From assembly GCA_964577305.1 (NCBI GenBank), contig CAZNYS010000008.1, positions 12,635 to 76,634 of the forward strand: a DNA stretch of 64,000 nucleotides, given 5' to 3'. Made by a program: the position numbers and the translations under genes. Position 1 is the first letter of the stretch, and each line of letters starts with the position of its first letter. This document shows positions 1 to 9,645 of this stretch, piece after piece. Source of the DNA: an uncultured Rikenellaceae bacterium (lineage in GTDB: Bacteria; Bacteroidota; Bacteroidia; Bacteroidales; VadinHA17). The notes below the pieces were generated by a model. It did no database searches. It had not been told where the DNA came from and was given only the letters and a program-made list of their open reading frames with translations.

Positions 1-714
1 TTCAACGGTGGCAATCTCAGGAATGCTATCCCGAGAGAGGCATTTGCTCATATAATGTGCGATAAGGAATATGTTAATGACATTAAGAGGTATACGGCTG
101 AATATATCTACCAACTGAAGGAAGAATATTCATCCACTGACCCTGGTATAGATATTTCAGTAAGCAAATCAGGTTTACCTTCTTTTGTTATGGATCAGAA
201 AAGCCATAAATCGCTTCTGAATGCCCTTGAGAAATGCCCTCATGGTGTTATAGCCTGGTCTGCAGATATAGAAGGGCTTGTTGAAACATCTACCAACCTG
301 GCATCCGTAAAATTTACAGATGATAGCATCAGGATAGTCACAAGCCAGCGCAGTTCAGTAGACTCATCCAAGAAAGAGATTGCCGGCAGAGTAAGCAGGA
401 TCTTCACAGAAAATAATGCTACCGTGAATCACTCAGGAGGTTATCCCGGGTGGAAACCTGACACCAACTCGGAGATACTTAGAATTACATCATTATCATA
501 CCAGAAGCTGTTTAAGACCAAACCTGTGGTCAGAGCCATACATGCCGGACTGGAATGCGGGCTTATACTGGAGAAATATCCAGGGCTCGACATGATCTCA
601 TTTGGTCCTACAATAAAAGGGGCACATACACCACAGGAGAGACTTGATATTGAAACAACAAAGAAATTCTGGGACCTCCTTGTTGATGTGCTTATTAATA
701 TCCCGGCGAACTAA
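1..714 (+). CDS. pepD: Aminoacyl-histidine (Xaa-His) dipeptidase PepD, peptidase M20C; C-terminal ~237 aa, 5' end outside the window
   Basis: Frame 1 is open from nt 1 into the listed ORF 55..714. The C-terminal block [40 protein letters not shown] matches the conserved PepD C-terminus. Confidence 0.8.
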   Translation, partial: FNGGNLRNAIPREAFAHIMCDKEYVNDIKRYTAEYIYQLKEEYSSTDPGIDISVSKSGLPSFVMDQKSHKSLLNALEKCPHGVIAWSADIEGLVETSTNLASVKFTDDSIRIVTSQRSSVDSSKKEIAGRVSRIFTENNATVNHSGGYPGWKPDTNSEILRITSLSYQKLFKTKPVVRAIHAGLECGLILEKYPGLDMISFGPTIKGAHTPQERLDIETTKKFWDLLVDVLINIPAN

Positions 715-872
715 TTAATTTTCTCAAATTCATTTTTACCCGCCCCGCACACAGGACATACCCAGTCGCCAGGCAGATCATCAAAAGCTGTGCCTTCAGG
801 AATTCCTCTTTCCTTATCCCCTTCTTCCGGATTATACTCATGACCACATACACTACATTTATAAATACTCAT
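711..872 (-). CDS. Rubredoxin (53 aa), absent from the ORF track because it is under 60 aa
   Basis: Hand translation of the minus strand gives [53 protein letters not shown]. It has the two CxxCG knuckles (CSVCG, CPVCG) and the DLPxDWxCP motif of rubredoxins. It starts 23 nt downstream of the citF stop. Confidence 0.85.
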   Translation of the reverse strand: MSIYKCSVCGHEYNPEEGDKERGIPEGTAFDDLPGDWVCPVCGAGKNEFEKIN

Positions 873-895
873 AATATACATTTTTTATAGCCTTG

Positions 896-2458
896 CTACT
901 TTTCAATCTTTACTTTTCTTACAATATCTATTACTGTTCCGTCAACCCATTTTATTGCTGCAATAACTTTATCATCCAGCTGTACTTTCTCCGGTATTCC
1001 GCAGATGCGTTCAGCCTCCTCTTTGAGCTCATAAACAGACTTAAGAGGTAAACCAGAATCTCTGACCTTTTCAAGCAGGTCTTTTCTCAATGGATTTACT
1101 GCTATACCTCTTTCAGTTACAATAACATCAATAAGTTCACCCGGTCCACAGAGCGTTGTCACCTCATCAATTATCACCGGCACCCTGTCGCGTACCAGTG
1201 GCAGAGGTAATATAACTGTTTTTGAAAACAGGCAGTTTTGCCAGCCTCCTATACCATGCAGAAGATAACCATCTGAATGAGTGACCACATTGGCATTGAA
1301 ATTCACATCCACCTCTGTAGCACCCAGTATTGCAACATCGACAAGTGGGGCAAAGTTACCCTTACCATGGTAATTATAACTTGTAAAAGGGCTTGTCCAC
1401 ACATGCCTGGGGTTTTCACGCATTGATCTCACTCCATCAAGGTCAAAAGTCTGACCGTCAAGTATATAATCAACAAGTCCCTCTTCCAGCATCGATACGA
1501 GATATTTATTACTGCCACCACGGGCAAACCTTGCCCTTATCCCCTTCTCTTTCATAATAGCTTTAAAGAACTCCCCTACAGCCAGTGATGTTCCGCCTGC
1601 GCCGCTCTGGAATGAGAAACCATCCCTGATAATGCCTGCTGCATCACAGAATTTAGCAGTCAGTTCGGCAAGCATCAGCCGATCAGGGCTCTTCGTTATT
1701 TTCGTGGTACCTGATACTATTCGTTCAGGTATACCCAGCTTATCCACTTCAACGGTAAAATCAACATAATTACCCTGTATTTGCCATGGTATACATGGAA
1801 AAGGAACCATATTATCCGTTACGACCATAACTTTATCAGCATACTGAGAATCAGCCAGGGCAAAGCCGAGCAAACCGCATGCTGAATCGCCTTCCAGACC
1901 GTTAGCATTTCCAAAAGGATCTGCCATGGGCGCTCCAATTACAGCTATATCTATCTCAACCTCACCATCCTGCACTGCCTGGTATCTGCCACCGTGCGAT
2001 CTAAGCACAGCCATTCCTTTCATCTTACCTTCGGATACATATTTACCCAGTGGTCCGTTCATACTTCCCTCTATATGGTGTATGGTGCCATTATCAAGAT
2101 ATTGCATAAGGTGTTCATGGCATGGGAATGAGGCTGAAGGGAACCATCTTATATCCTTAATTCCCAACTCATTGACAGCATCAAACAGCATGTTGGCCAA
2201 GAGATCACCATTCCTGAAATGGTGATGGGTTGAGATTGTCATACCATTCTTTATACCTGCCTTTACCAGGGCTTCCTTAATGGTTTTTACTCTTTTATCC
2301 CCATCATCCGGGTAATAAGCGCAGCTTGATATACGGGGAGCATATTTTCTGCCTTCAGGTTTATATTTACCCACACCTTTGAAAGGCACGGCCGGTTGTC
2401 CGTTTATTTCAGTAACAACCTCGCGGCCTGCGGCATTCCTCACCATTTTGTTTGCCAT
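896..2458 (-). CDS. citF: Citrate lyase alpha subunit (citrate CoA-transferase)
   Basis: 520-aa ORF. The length and N-terminal region (...PFKGVGKYKPEGRKYAPRI...ISTHHHFRNGD) are typical of CitF. It lies directly downstream of the CitE-like gene. Confidence 0.88.
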   Translation of the reverse strand: MANKMVRNAAGREVVTEINGQPAVPFKGVGKYKPEGRKYAPRISSCAYYPDDGDKRVKTIKEALVKAGIKNGMTISTHHHFRNGDLLANMLFDAVNELGIKDIRWFPSASFPCHEHLMQYLDNGTIHHIEGSMNGPLGKYVSEGKMKGMAVLRSHGGRYQAVQDGEVEIDIAVIGAPMADPFGNANGLEGDSACGLLGFALADSQYADKVMVVTDNMVPFPCIPWQIQGNYVDFTVEVDKLGIPERIVSGTTKITKSPDRLMLAELTAKFCDAAGIIRDGFSFQSGAGGTSLAVGEFFKAIMKEKGIRARFARGGSNKYLVSMLEEGLVDYILDGQTFDLDGVRSMRENPRHVWTSPFTSYNYHGKGNFAPLVDVAILGATEVDVNFNANVVTHSDGYLLHGIGGWQNCLFSKTVILPLPLVRDRVPVIIDEVTTLCGPGELIDVIVTERGIAVNPLRKDLLEKVRDSGLPLKSVYELKEEAERICGIPEKVQLDDKVIAAIKWVDGTVIDIVRKVKIEK

Positions 2459-2480
2459 AATTCCATCCTAATAAATGTTC

Positions 2481-3716
2481 TTACTCATTTTCCTGGTTGT
2501 CCGGTTCATCCGGAATAAGATTCAGTTTTTCTGCCAGGTCTATTGTACGCCTGGCCCGTGCAACCACGGGAAGGTCTATCATTTTTGATCCTAAAGATAC
2601 AACTCCCAGTCCTTTCTCCTCAGCTTCCCGAAATGCCTGTACTATCTCAGAAGCTTTTTTTATCTCCTCCGGCTCGGGAGCGAAAGAAGACTTTATTACC
2701 TGTATCTGCCTGGGATGTATACACCCCATTCCTTCGAACCCGAAGGATTTGGATAATTTTGCGGTAGCTTTTAGTGCATCGGTATCAGATACATCAGAAA
2801 ATACAGAATCTATTGGCTGCACCCTTGCTGCTTTAGCAGCATTTACAAGCCTCAGCCGGGCATATAGGGATTCGTTGCCTTCATTTGTTCTCTGCACACC
2901 AAGATCTGCAGTATAATCTTCAAGACCTATGGCTATTGCAACCACATTATTAACTGCTGAGGCTATTTCATAAGCCTTTTCCACTCCCAGGGCACTTTCT
3001 ATAATAGGCATGAAGAAAATATCCTGTTTAATATTATTGTCAGCCAGGATACTATCTGCGCTTTTTGCCAGTTCTTTAAGGTATTCACTGCTTTCACATT
3101 TCGGAACAAGGATAAGATGCACATTATGAGGCAATACACATTTCAGGTCTTCAAAGCCCCTCTCTCCCTGGTTGATCCTGACCATGCGCTCAGCACCATA
3201 GAAATTTACCTGCCTGAGTGCATTCCTGACAAGGAATCTGGCCTCATGTTTTTTAGCAGGCGCCACAGAATCCTCAAGGTCAAGTATAATCCCATCAGGT
3301 GAATGAAGACCGGCATTTAACATCATGCTCGGAGTATTACCCGGCAGATATAGCCTGCTGAACCTGAACCTTTCCCTTTCAGATGGGTACGTATTGCTGT
3401 CTGACATCGCCGGGAGCAGTTCTTTATTTGTTTTAACAAGAGTTTTAACTGCAGCCTCGAGCCTGGCCATATGAACAAATGGCAGGGCACCGGAATCATT
3501 TACATCAAGAAAAGCATGTTTTATATCAAAAAAGCCCAGGCCATCTTTCATCAGCCTGGTAATAGAATTACCATACATTGCTTTGACCCTTGATTCAAGG
3601 TTTATTTTTATCCCTCCACTTGATTTTATTTCAAGTTTTAATTCACAGTCAGATCTTATCCGTGGGCCTGTGTTACCCGTAACAGCAACTTTCTTCATCA
3701 GGCATATTTTGAACAC
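2481..3716 (-). CDS. citE: Fusion of citrate lyase acyl carrier protein (CitD, N-terminal ~95 aa) with citrate lyase beta subunit (CitE, citryl-ACP lyase, HpcH/HpaI fold)
   Basis: The N-terminus (VAVTGNTGPRIRSDCELKLEI...DSGALPFVHMARLEAAV) resembles CitD, including the Ser that carries the prosthetic group. The rest (RLYLPGNTPSMMLNAGLHSPDGIILDLEDSVAP...) is CitE-like. An alternative start is Met7 (nt 3698). Confidence 0.78.
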   Translation of the reverse strand: MFKICLMKKVAVTGNTGPRIRSDCELKLEIKSSGGIKINLESRVKAMYGNSITRLMKDGLGFFDIKHAFLDVNDSGALPFVHMARLEAAVKTLVKTNKELLPAMSDSNTYPSERERFRFSRLYLPGNTPSMMLNAGLHSPDGIILDLEDSVAPAKKHEARFLVRNALRQVNFYGAERMVRINQGERGFEDLKCVLPHNVHLILVPKCESSEYLKELAKSADSILADNNIKQDIFFMPIIESALGVEKAYEIASAVNNVVAIAIGLEDYTADLGVQRTNEGNESLYARLRLVNAAKAARVQPIDSVFSDVSDTDALKATAKLSKSFGFEGMGCIHPRQIQVIKSSFAPEPEEIKKASEIVQAFREAEEKGLGVVSLGSKMIDLPVVARARRTIDLAEKLNLIPDEPDNQENE

Positions 3717-3748
3717 TAATTAATACAAACCTAAAGATACAGAAAAAT

Positions 3749-5092
3749 TTATCCAAGGAAACTCAATAATATTCCTGCTGCAACAGCTGATCCAATAACA
3801 CCTGACACATTCGGAGTCATGGCATGCATTAAAAGGTGGTTTGTCGGGTCAGCTCTGAGGCCTTCATTCTGAACTACCCTTGCACTGTCAGGAACAGCCG
3901 ATACGCCCGCAGCCCCGACGAGTGGATTTATCCTGTTATCTCCCCTGAGGAATAGATTCATAATTTTGGCAAATATTAATCCACCGGCTGTGGCAATCAT
4001 AAACGAGATGGCTCCCAGTATAAAAATCAATAAGGAATCGGGCGTAAGAAACACGTCTGCCTGGGTTGAGGCTCCAACTGTAAGCCCAAGCAGTATTGTT
4101 ACAATATCAACCATTGATGTGCGTGCTGTTTCAGCAAGACGCTTTGTGACCCCTGATTCTTTCAACAGGTTACCAAAGAAAAGCATACCAAGCAGGGGCA
4201 ATGAGCTTGGTGAGATAAATGCTGTAAGCAGTAAACCTATTATCGGGAACAGTATTTTTTCAGTTTTTGACACTGCCCGGGGAGGTTTCATCCTTATTTT
4301 CCTTTCTCTTTTTGAAATAAGAAGTCTCATTATAGGTGGCTGAATAACAGGCACAAGTGCCATATATGAATAGGCAGCAATAGCAATTGGCCCGATCAGG
4401 TTTTTTACGGTTGTTCCGTCAGACAATATATTAACGCCATTGGCCAGTCGCGATGATAGGAATATTGCCGTAGGGCCATCGGCACCCCCAATTATACCTA
4501 TGGCACCAGCTTCTGGAGGAGCAAATCCCAGCATCAGTGCACCGAGGAAAGTAAGGAAAATACCTATCTGTGCAGCTGCACCCAGCATCATCAGGCGGGG
4601 GTTTGAAAGCAGTGATGAAAAATCAGTCATTGCTCCCAGACCCAGGAAGATAAGTGGTGGATACACACCTTTTAACACTCCGAAGTATAAATAATTTAGC
4701 ACGCTGCCCGTCTGGTATATCCCAAGTTGGAGGTTTATATCACCTTCCTGGTAAAAAGGTATATTGCCTATGATAATACCAGTACCGATAGGTATAAGAA
4801 GCAATGGCTCGTAATCATATCTTATAGCCAGGAAAATAAAAAACAGGCCTACAATTATCATTATAAGATGTCCTTTGGTAGCATTCCTGAACCCGGAATA
4901 TTCCCAGAATTTCCTGATACCCCTGGTAGCTCCTTCAGTGTCTGTATCCTGATTTAAAAGTACATTGATTCCAGGATTCGCCACATTTTCAGTCTTATAC
5001 AGGTTCTCCTTTTCTTTTTCCGGTTTAATAAATGCTGTCCAGCTAAGTGACAGTATAATAAGAACACCAATAACAGTTATAAACCTCCTCAT
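3749..5092 (-). CDS. mmdB: Na+-translocating decarboxylase beta subunit (OadB/MmdB/GcdB family integral membrane protein)
   Basis: 447-aa polytopic membrane ORF with typical OadB-family blocks (GIGAMTDF-like GLGAMTDFSSL, GGADGPTAIF). It is in an operon with the carboxyltransferase and biotin carrier. Confidence 0.85.
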   Translation of the reverse strand: MRRFITVIGVLIILSLSWTAFIKPEKEKENLYKTENVANPGINVLLNQDTDTEGATRGIRKFWEYSGFRNATKGHLIMIIVGLFFIFLAIRYDYEPLLLIPIGTGIIIGNIPFYQEGDINLQLGIYQTGSVLNYLYFGVLKGVYPPLIFLGLGAMTDFSSLLSNPRLMMLGAAAQIGIFLTFLGALMLGFAPPEAGAIGIIGGADGPTAIFLSSRLANGVNILSDGTTVKNLIGPIAIAAYSYMALVPVIQPPIMRLLISKRERKIRMKPPRAVSKTEKILFPIIGLLLTAFISPSSLPLLGMLFFGNLLKESGVTKRLAETARTSMVDIVTILLGLTVGASTQADVFLTPDSLLIFILGAISFMIATAGGLIFAKIMNLFLRGDNRINPLVGAAGVSAVPDSARVVQNEGLRADPTNHLLMHAMTPNVSGVIGSAVAAGILLSFLG

Positions 5093-5094
5093 AA

Positions 5095-5517
5095 TCAGTT
5101 CATTTCAATTAAGACCTCCTCCTGGAGTACCGATTGCCCCTGGTTAACCTTTACGGAAATAATTTCACCATCAATTTCTGCTTTTATTTCGTTCTCCATT
5201 TTCATAGCTTCCATCACAATCAGTTTCTGCCCTTTTGATACTTTATCACCTGGTCGTACCAGAACCTGCATTATTATACCGGGCAATGGGGCTTTAATTT
5301 CCAGTTTCGGACCTCCTTCTTTCTTGTCAATATTCTTCTGGGGTTCTCTTAATACAGGACGTACCAGTGTTGGTGTTTTTACGGTCTTCACTTCCTTGTG
5401 TATCTCAACCAGGTATGGTGTCCCGTTGACTTCAAGTTTTGCAATATCACCCTCGATCTCAAGTATCTCCACCTCGTATGTATTGCCACTTATTGTAAAT
5501 TTATAATTTTTCATCAC
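5095..5517 (-). CDS. mmdC: Biotin carboxyl carrier subunit of the decarboxylase (biotinyl/lipoyl domain)
   Basis: The C-terminal biotinylation motif EAMKMENEI is present, and the length is 140 aa. Confidence 0.85.
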   Translation of the reverse strand: MMKNYKFTISGNTYEVEILEIEGDIAKLEVNGTPYLVEIHKEVKTVKTPTLVRPVLREPQKNIDKKEGGPKLEIKAPLPGIIMQVLVRPGDKVSKGQKLIVMEAMKMENEIKAEIDGEIISVKVNQGQSVLQEEVLIEMN

Positions 5518-5525
5518 GCCTTATC

Positions 5526-5894
5526 TTAACGTTCAAGGTTTCTCATATTATACAGTTTGGAATTCCATGGGGAATAGGCTTTTGACACTTTCCTTATGGT
5601 AATCACATTGCTTTCATAATCATGTATCTCATCAAAATACAGATACAGGGCAGTAGCTATAGCAGCGTTCACCTCCCCTGTTAATACTTGTTTTTCAGAA
5701 TCATCCAGGGCTCTGCCTTCCCTTGCAGCCCGGCGGTACATTTTAAATTTGAAAAAAAGTGGCATTATATATCTGAAAACAAGATAAAGGGCAACCAGGG
5801 CTAGGAACACAATCAGGTAGCCTACAACCACTATTATTGTGGCCTGTCTGTCAATACCTGCAAACGGACTTGTCAGAAGCAGAATGGTATTCAT
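5526..5894 (-). CDS. mmdD: Small membrane-anchor subunit of the decarboxylase (OadG/MmdD-like)
   Basis: 122 aa with a single N-terminal TM helix. It sits between the carboxyltransferase and biotin carrier genes, as in mmd/oad operons. Confidence 0.6.
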   Translation of the reverse strand: MNTILLLTSPFAGIDRQATIIVVVGYLIVFLALVALYLVFRYIMPLFFKFKMYRRAAREGRALDDSEKQVLTGEVNAAIATALYLYFDEIHDYESNVITIRKVSKAYSPWNSKLYNMRNLER

Positions 5895-5907
5895 GACCTG
5901 TAAATAT

Positions 5908-7467
5908 TTAAAGAGGTATATTTGAATGTTTTTTCATCGGTCCCGGATCTTTCTTTGTGCTAATTGTACGCAGTGCCCTGATGACCCTGAATCGTGTATT
6001 CCTTGGTTCAATAACATCATCAAGATACCCGTAACGTGCCGCTTCGTATGGATTAGAGAATTTCTCCCTGTATTCTTTCTCCTTGGCAGTTATGAACTCT
6101 GCCTTTTCTTCTTCATTTTCTATTTCTGCTATCTTTTTGCCTTCAAGCACTTCAATGGCTCCCTGTGGTCCCATAACGGCTATCTCGGCTGAAGGCCATG
6201 CATAATTGATATCGCCTCGTAACTGCTTGGAAGACATAACACAGTGTGCTCCTCCATACGATTTCCTCAGTGTTACGGTTACTTTTGGTACTGTTGCTTC
6301 CCCGTAGGCAAACATCAGTTTAGCACCATGCACGATAATACCACCATATTCCTGGCTACTTCCAGGCAGGAATCCCGGCACATCTACAAATGTTAACAGC
6401 GGTATATTAAAGGCATCACAGAATCGTACAAAACGGGCAGCTTTTCTAGATGCATTTATATCGAGCACTCCTGCCAGGAAATTAGGCTGATTAGCTACTA
6501 TGCCAACTGACATACCTCCCATTTTTGCAAATCCCACCACAATGTTTTTTGCATAATTAGAATGTATTTCAAGAAATTCCTCGTAATCAATCACCTTATA
6601 TATTATATCCTTAACATTATAAGGATGATTAGGGTTTTCAGGAATAATGATATTCAAATCATCTTCAAGCCTGTCTATAGGATCATCGCAGTCAGAAAGA
6701 GGAGGATCCTCCATATTATTCTGTGGCATGTAACTCAATAGTTTCCTGATCAACAGTAGTCCTTCTTCTTCATCTTCAACAACAAACTGCGCAACACCTG
6801 ACCTTGTGGAATGGATCCTGGCGCTACCCAGGTCTTCGATGGATATATCCTCACCTGTAACTGCTTTTGTTACTTTAGGTCCTGTAACAAACATATAACT
6901 GCTCTGTTCGCTCATTATGACAAAGTCAGTTAAAGCAGGTGAATAAACAGCACCGCCTGCACATGGACCGAAAATGGCTGATATCTGTGGTATAACACCT
7001 GAAGCCAGGATATTTCTTTCAAATATTTCAGAATAACCGGCAAGGCTTCTCACTCCTTCCTGTATTCTGGCTCCCCCACTATCGTTGATTCCTATGACAG
7101 GCGCACCAATTTTCATAGCCTGATCCATCAGCTTACATATTTTGTTGGCAAAGGTTTCAGAGAGAGAACCACCAAAAACTGTAAAATCCTGGGCAAATAC
7201 ATACACCACGCGGCCATCAATTGTACCATGGCCAGTAACAACACCATCTGAAAGGTATTTCTTGTCTTTTAATCCAAAATCATCGGTTCGGTGAGTAACA
7301 AACATATCATATTCTTCAAAGCTGCCTTCATCAAGAAGTATTTCTATCCTTTCACGGGCTGTCATCTTACCTTTTGCATGCTGGGAGGCTATCCTTTTTT
7401 CTCCACCCCCCATCTTTGCTTTTTCGCGCAGCTCAATTAGTTGCCTTATTTTATCCTGGCTGTCCAT
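5908..7467 (-). CDS. mmdA: Methylmalonyl-CoA decarboxylase alpha subunit (acyl-CoA carboxyltransferase, PccB-like)
   Basis: 519 aa. Carboxyl-transferase family blocks are present ([42 protein letters not shown]). Confidence 0.9.
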   Translation of the reverse strand: MDSQDKIRQLIELREKAKMGGGEKRIASQHAKGKMTARERIEILLDEGSFEEYDMFVTHRTDDFGLKDKKYLSDGVVTGHGTIDGRVVYVFAQDFTVFGGSLSETFANKICKLMDQAMKIGAPVIGINDSGGARIQEGVRSLAGYSEIFERNILASGVIPQISAIFGPCAGGAVYSPALTDFVIMSEQSSYMFVTGPKVTKAVTGEDISIEDLGSARIHSTRSGVAQFVVEDEEEGLLLIRKLLSYMPQNNMEDPPLSDCDDPIDRLEDDLNIIIPENPNHPYNVKDIIYKVIDYEEFLEIHSNYAKNIVVGFAKMGGMSVGIVANQPNFLAGVLDINASRKAARFVRFCDAFNIPLLTFVDVPGFLPGSSQEYGGIIVHGAKLMFAYGEATVPKVTVTLRKSYGGAHCVMSSKQLRGDINYAWPSAEIAVMGPQGAIEVLEGKKIAEIENEEEKAEFITAKEKEYREKFSNPYEAARYGYLDDVIEPRNTRFRVIRALRTISTKKDPGPMKKHSNIPL

Positions 7468-7485
7468 CTTTTAGAAATATTAAAA

Positions 7486-7899
7486 TTATTTATCAGATTT
7501 ATCTTCACATAGCTCTGTAAGTACACCGAAAGTAGACTTTGGATGTATAAAAGCTATATCAATGCCTTCAGCACCTTTTCGTGGTTGTGTGTCAATCAGC
7601 CTTACACCTTTTGATTCTGCCTCTTTAAGCTTTGTAGCCAGTCTGCTAACTGCAAAAGCTATATGATGGATGCCTTCTCCCTTTTTCTCAATAAATTTTC
7701 CAATAGGCCCTTCCGGATCGGTTGATTCAAGCAACTCAATCTTCGTCTGGCCAACCCTGAAAAATGCCGTTCGTACTTTCTGATCAGCAACTTCTTCAAT
7801 GTTATAACACTTCAGGCCCATGATGTTTTCATAGAAAGGTATGGCCTGTTCAAGACTATTTACAGCAATACCAATATGCTCAATATGTGTTGGTTCCAT
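7486..7899 (-). CDS. mce: Methylmalonyl-CoA epimerase (VOC/glyoxalase fold)
   Basis: 137 aa with HIGIAV...GEGIHHIAF motifs. It is the first gene of the mmd array. Confidence 0.82.
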   Translation of the reverse strand: MEPTHIEHIGIAVNSLEQAIPFYENIMGLKCYNIEEVADQKVRTAFFRVGQTKIELLESTDPEGPIGKFIEKKGEGIHHIAFAVSRLATKLKEAESKGVRLIDTQPRKGAEGIDIAFIHPKSTFGVLTELCEDKSDK

Positions 7900-7928
7900 A
7901 AAAATGTGGGTTATTGTGAAATATGGAA

Positions 7929-7936
7929 CAAAAGTA
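7929..7936 (-). promoter_or_regulatory. Bacteroidota-type -7 promoter box (TACTTTTG on the minus strand) for the mce-mmd-cit array
   Basis: Exact match to TAnnTTTG, 30 nt upstream of the mce ATG. Confidence 0.5.
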
Positions 7937-8076
7937 ATGCTAATAATGATATATTAATAAGGATAAAAGTCATATTTTACCGACATTTTCGGGTGTGTTG
8001 GAATGTTTGAGTTTGCAGCCAGGGTGATGAGTTCAACGAAGCTGATGGGGCTGTCTCAAAATGGGAGGGCATTCTT

Positions 8077-9636
8077 TCAGAACGGGAACTCTTCCATTTC
8101 CTGTACCTCTAGCTCTTTCTCTTCAGGTTTTTTTGCATCCTGGTGAACAGGGTTTCCGTCAACGAATATTGCTTTATAGGGTTTGGTGGGGCATGCATAT
8201 TCACAGGCGCCGCATCCAACACATATCTCATTGTTTATTTCAGGAATAACCAGGTTACCTATATAAGGCACCATTTGAACTGCTTTTGTTGGACAATTCT
8301 CTGAACAGGCCCCACAGTCTGTTCTTTCTGTTTCAACAATACAATTTTCCTTTATAAAATTAACCTTTCCGATCTGTGTAAGCTTTTTTGCTTCCAGTGC
8401 AAGGGGAAGTAATGCACCCGAGGGGCAGACTTCAGTACACCTGATACATTCATAATTACAGAATCCCTTATGATAGTCCATTCTTGGCTGCATGATGCCT
8501 GCAATACCATATTCATTTACAGACGGTATAATAACATTATTCGGGCATGCACTTACACACAGGGAGCAGGCAGTACAATAGTTGTTGAAATGTTCAATAC
8601 TTATTCCGCCGGGAGGGCAAGCCGGTGATGTGCGGTTTTCAGGTACTGTAGATTCTTTCTTCGGAACAGGTGTATCCTGTGCCTTTAAAGTACGGGGTAT
8701 GAAAGCGAGCAAAGCAAGTATACCTGTTATAAAACCTCTCTTATCCTGATCAGGCTCAGTGTCAGTTTTTCCTGGGCCAATTTTCCATAACCCATACGAT
8801 ATAGCCTTATCGTTGCATACAGTAAGACAGTTAAAGCATGTCACACATCTGCTCAGGTCAACATTCTCATTTTTAAAATCAATACATGATGCCTTACATT
8901 TGGCAGCACATAGCCCGCAATGAGTACAGCTCTCTTCATCAATCCTGATTCTTAAGACTGATAGCCTTGATATAAAACCAAGGAAAGTACCCAGGGGGCA
9001 TACAGTATTACAATAAAGACGACCTCTCGTAAATGACATATAGCTTACCAGGCCCAGCAACAAAACAGGAATAATAAAGGCAGCAAAAGGAATTTTAATG
9101 AAATCTACTTTAAATATGGTATAGTTATCAAACAATGCTGATACAGCAGCGATAAGGTTATTACCCATTATTACAACAGGTTGAAGCAAATATGTTGCAG
9201 ACCGCCCAAAAATACTGTAGGGATCCAGCAGGCTAATGAGAAATACAGATCCTGCCAGCATCACTATAAGGGTCAGTGCAAGGATTACATACCTGAGTAT
9301 GTTATAGGGCTTCCCATAGCCAAAGCGGCGGAATTTTCCCTTAAACCTGCCCCCAACCCTGCTTATTATGTCCTGGTAAATACCAAGGGGGCAGAGAACA
9401 GAACAATAAGACCTGCCGGTTAGTATTGTCAGTACCAGCACGAAGACAAATCCTGCTGATGCAAGCACCTGTATATTCATAAAATCGAGTACTGAAGGCA
9501 CAAATTGCAGGAAAAGGACAATATTAAACCATTTATCAGGGATAATTTGCCTGAAATCTATGAATGATAGTGTTATTATTACAAATACTAAAACCGCAAG
9601 TATTATCCTGACTTTACGTAAAGCTGAAGATCTCAT
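8077..9636 (-). CDS. Membrane-bound polyferredoxin (NapH/MauN-like N-terminal membrane domain plus multiple 4Fe-4S ferredoxin motifs)
   Basis: Several TM helices carry CSVLCPLG and CNTVCPLG motifs. These are followed by CxxCxxCxxxC(P) clusters (CTHCGLCAAKC, CTACSLCVSACP, CIRCTEVCP, CGACSENCP, CVGCGACEYACP). Confidence 0.8.
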   Translation of the reverse strand: MRSSALRKVRIILAVLVFVIITLSFIDFRQIIPDKWFNIVLFLQFVPSVLDFMNIQVLASAGFVFVLVLTILTGRSYCSVLCPLGIYQDIISRVGGRFKGKFRRFGYGKPYNILRYVILALTLIVMLAGSVFLISLLDPYSIFGRSATYLLQPVVIMGNNLIAAVSALFDNYTIFKVDFIKIPFAAFIIPVLLLGLVSYMSFTRGRLYCNTVCPLGTFLGFISRLSVLRIRIDEESCTHCGLCAAKCKASCIDFKNENVDLSRCVTCFNCLTVCNDKAISYGLWKIGPGKTDTEPDQDKRGFITGILALLAFIPRTLKAQDTPVPKKESTVPENRTSPACPPGGISIEHFNNYCTACSLCVSACPNNVIIPSVNEYGIAGIMQPRMDYHKGFCNYECIRCTEVCPSGALLPLALEAKKLTQIGKVNFIKENCIVETERTDCGACSENCPTKAVQMVPYIGNLVIPEINNEICVGCGACEYACPTKPYKAIFVDGNPVHQDAKKPEEKELEVQEMEEFPF

Positions 9637-9645
9637 CCGGGCAGC

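Noticed and set aside
8061-8249. Small overlapping ORFs listed in the track within or antisense to large genes (for example 8061..8249, 18201..18410, 1926..2225, 2497..2916)
   Set aside because: All are embedded in, or antisense to, confidently assigned genes. They have no independent start context and their translations are low-complexity.
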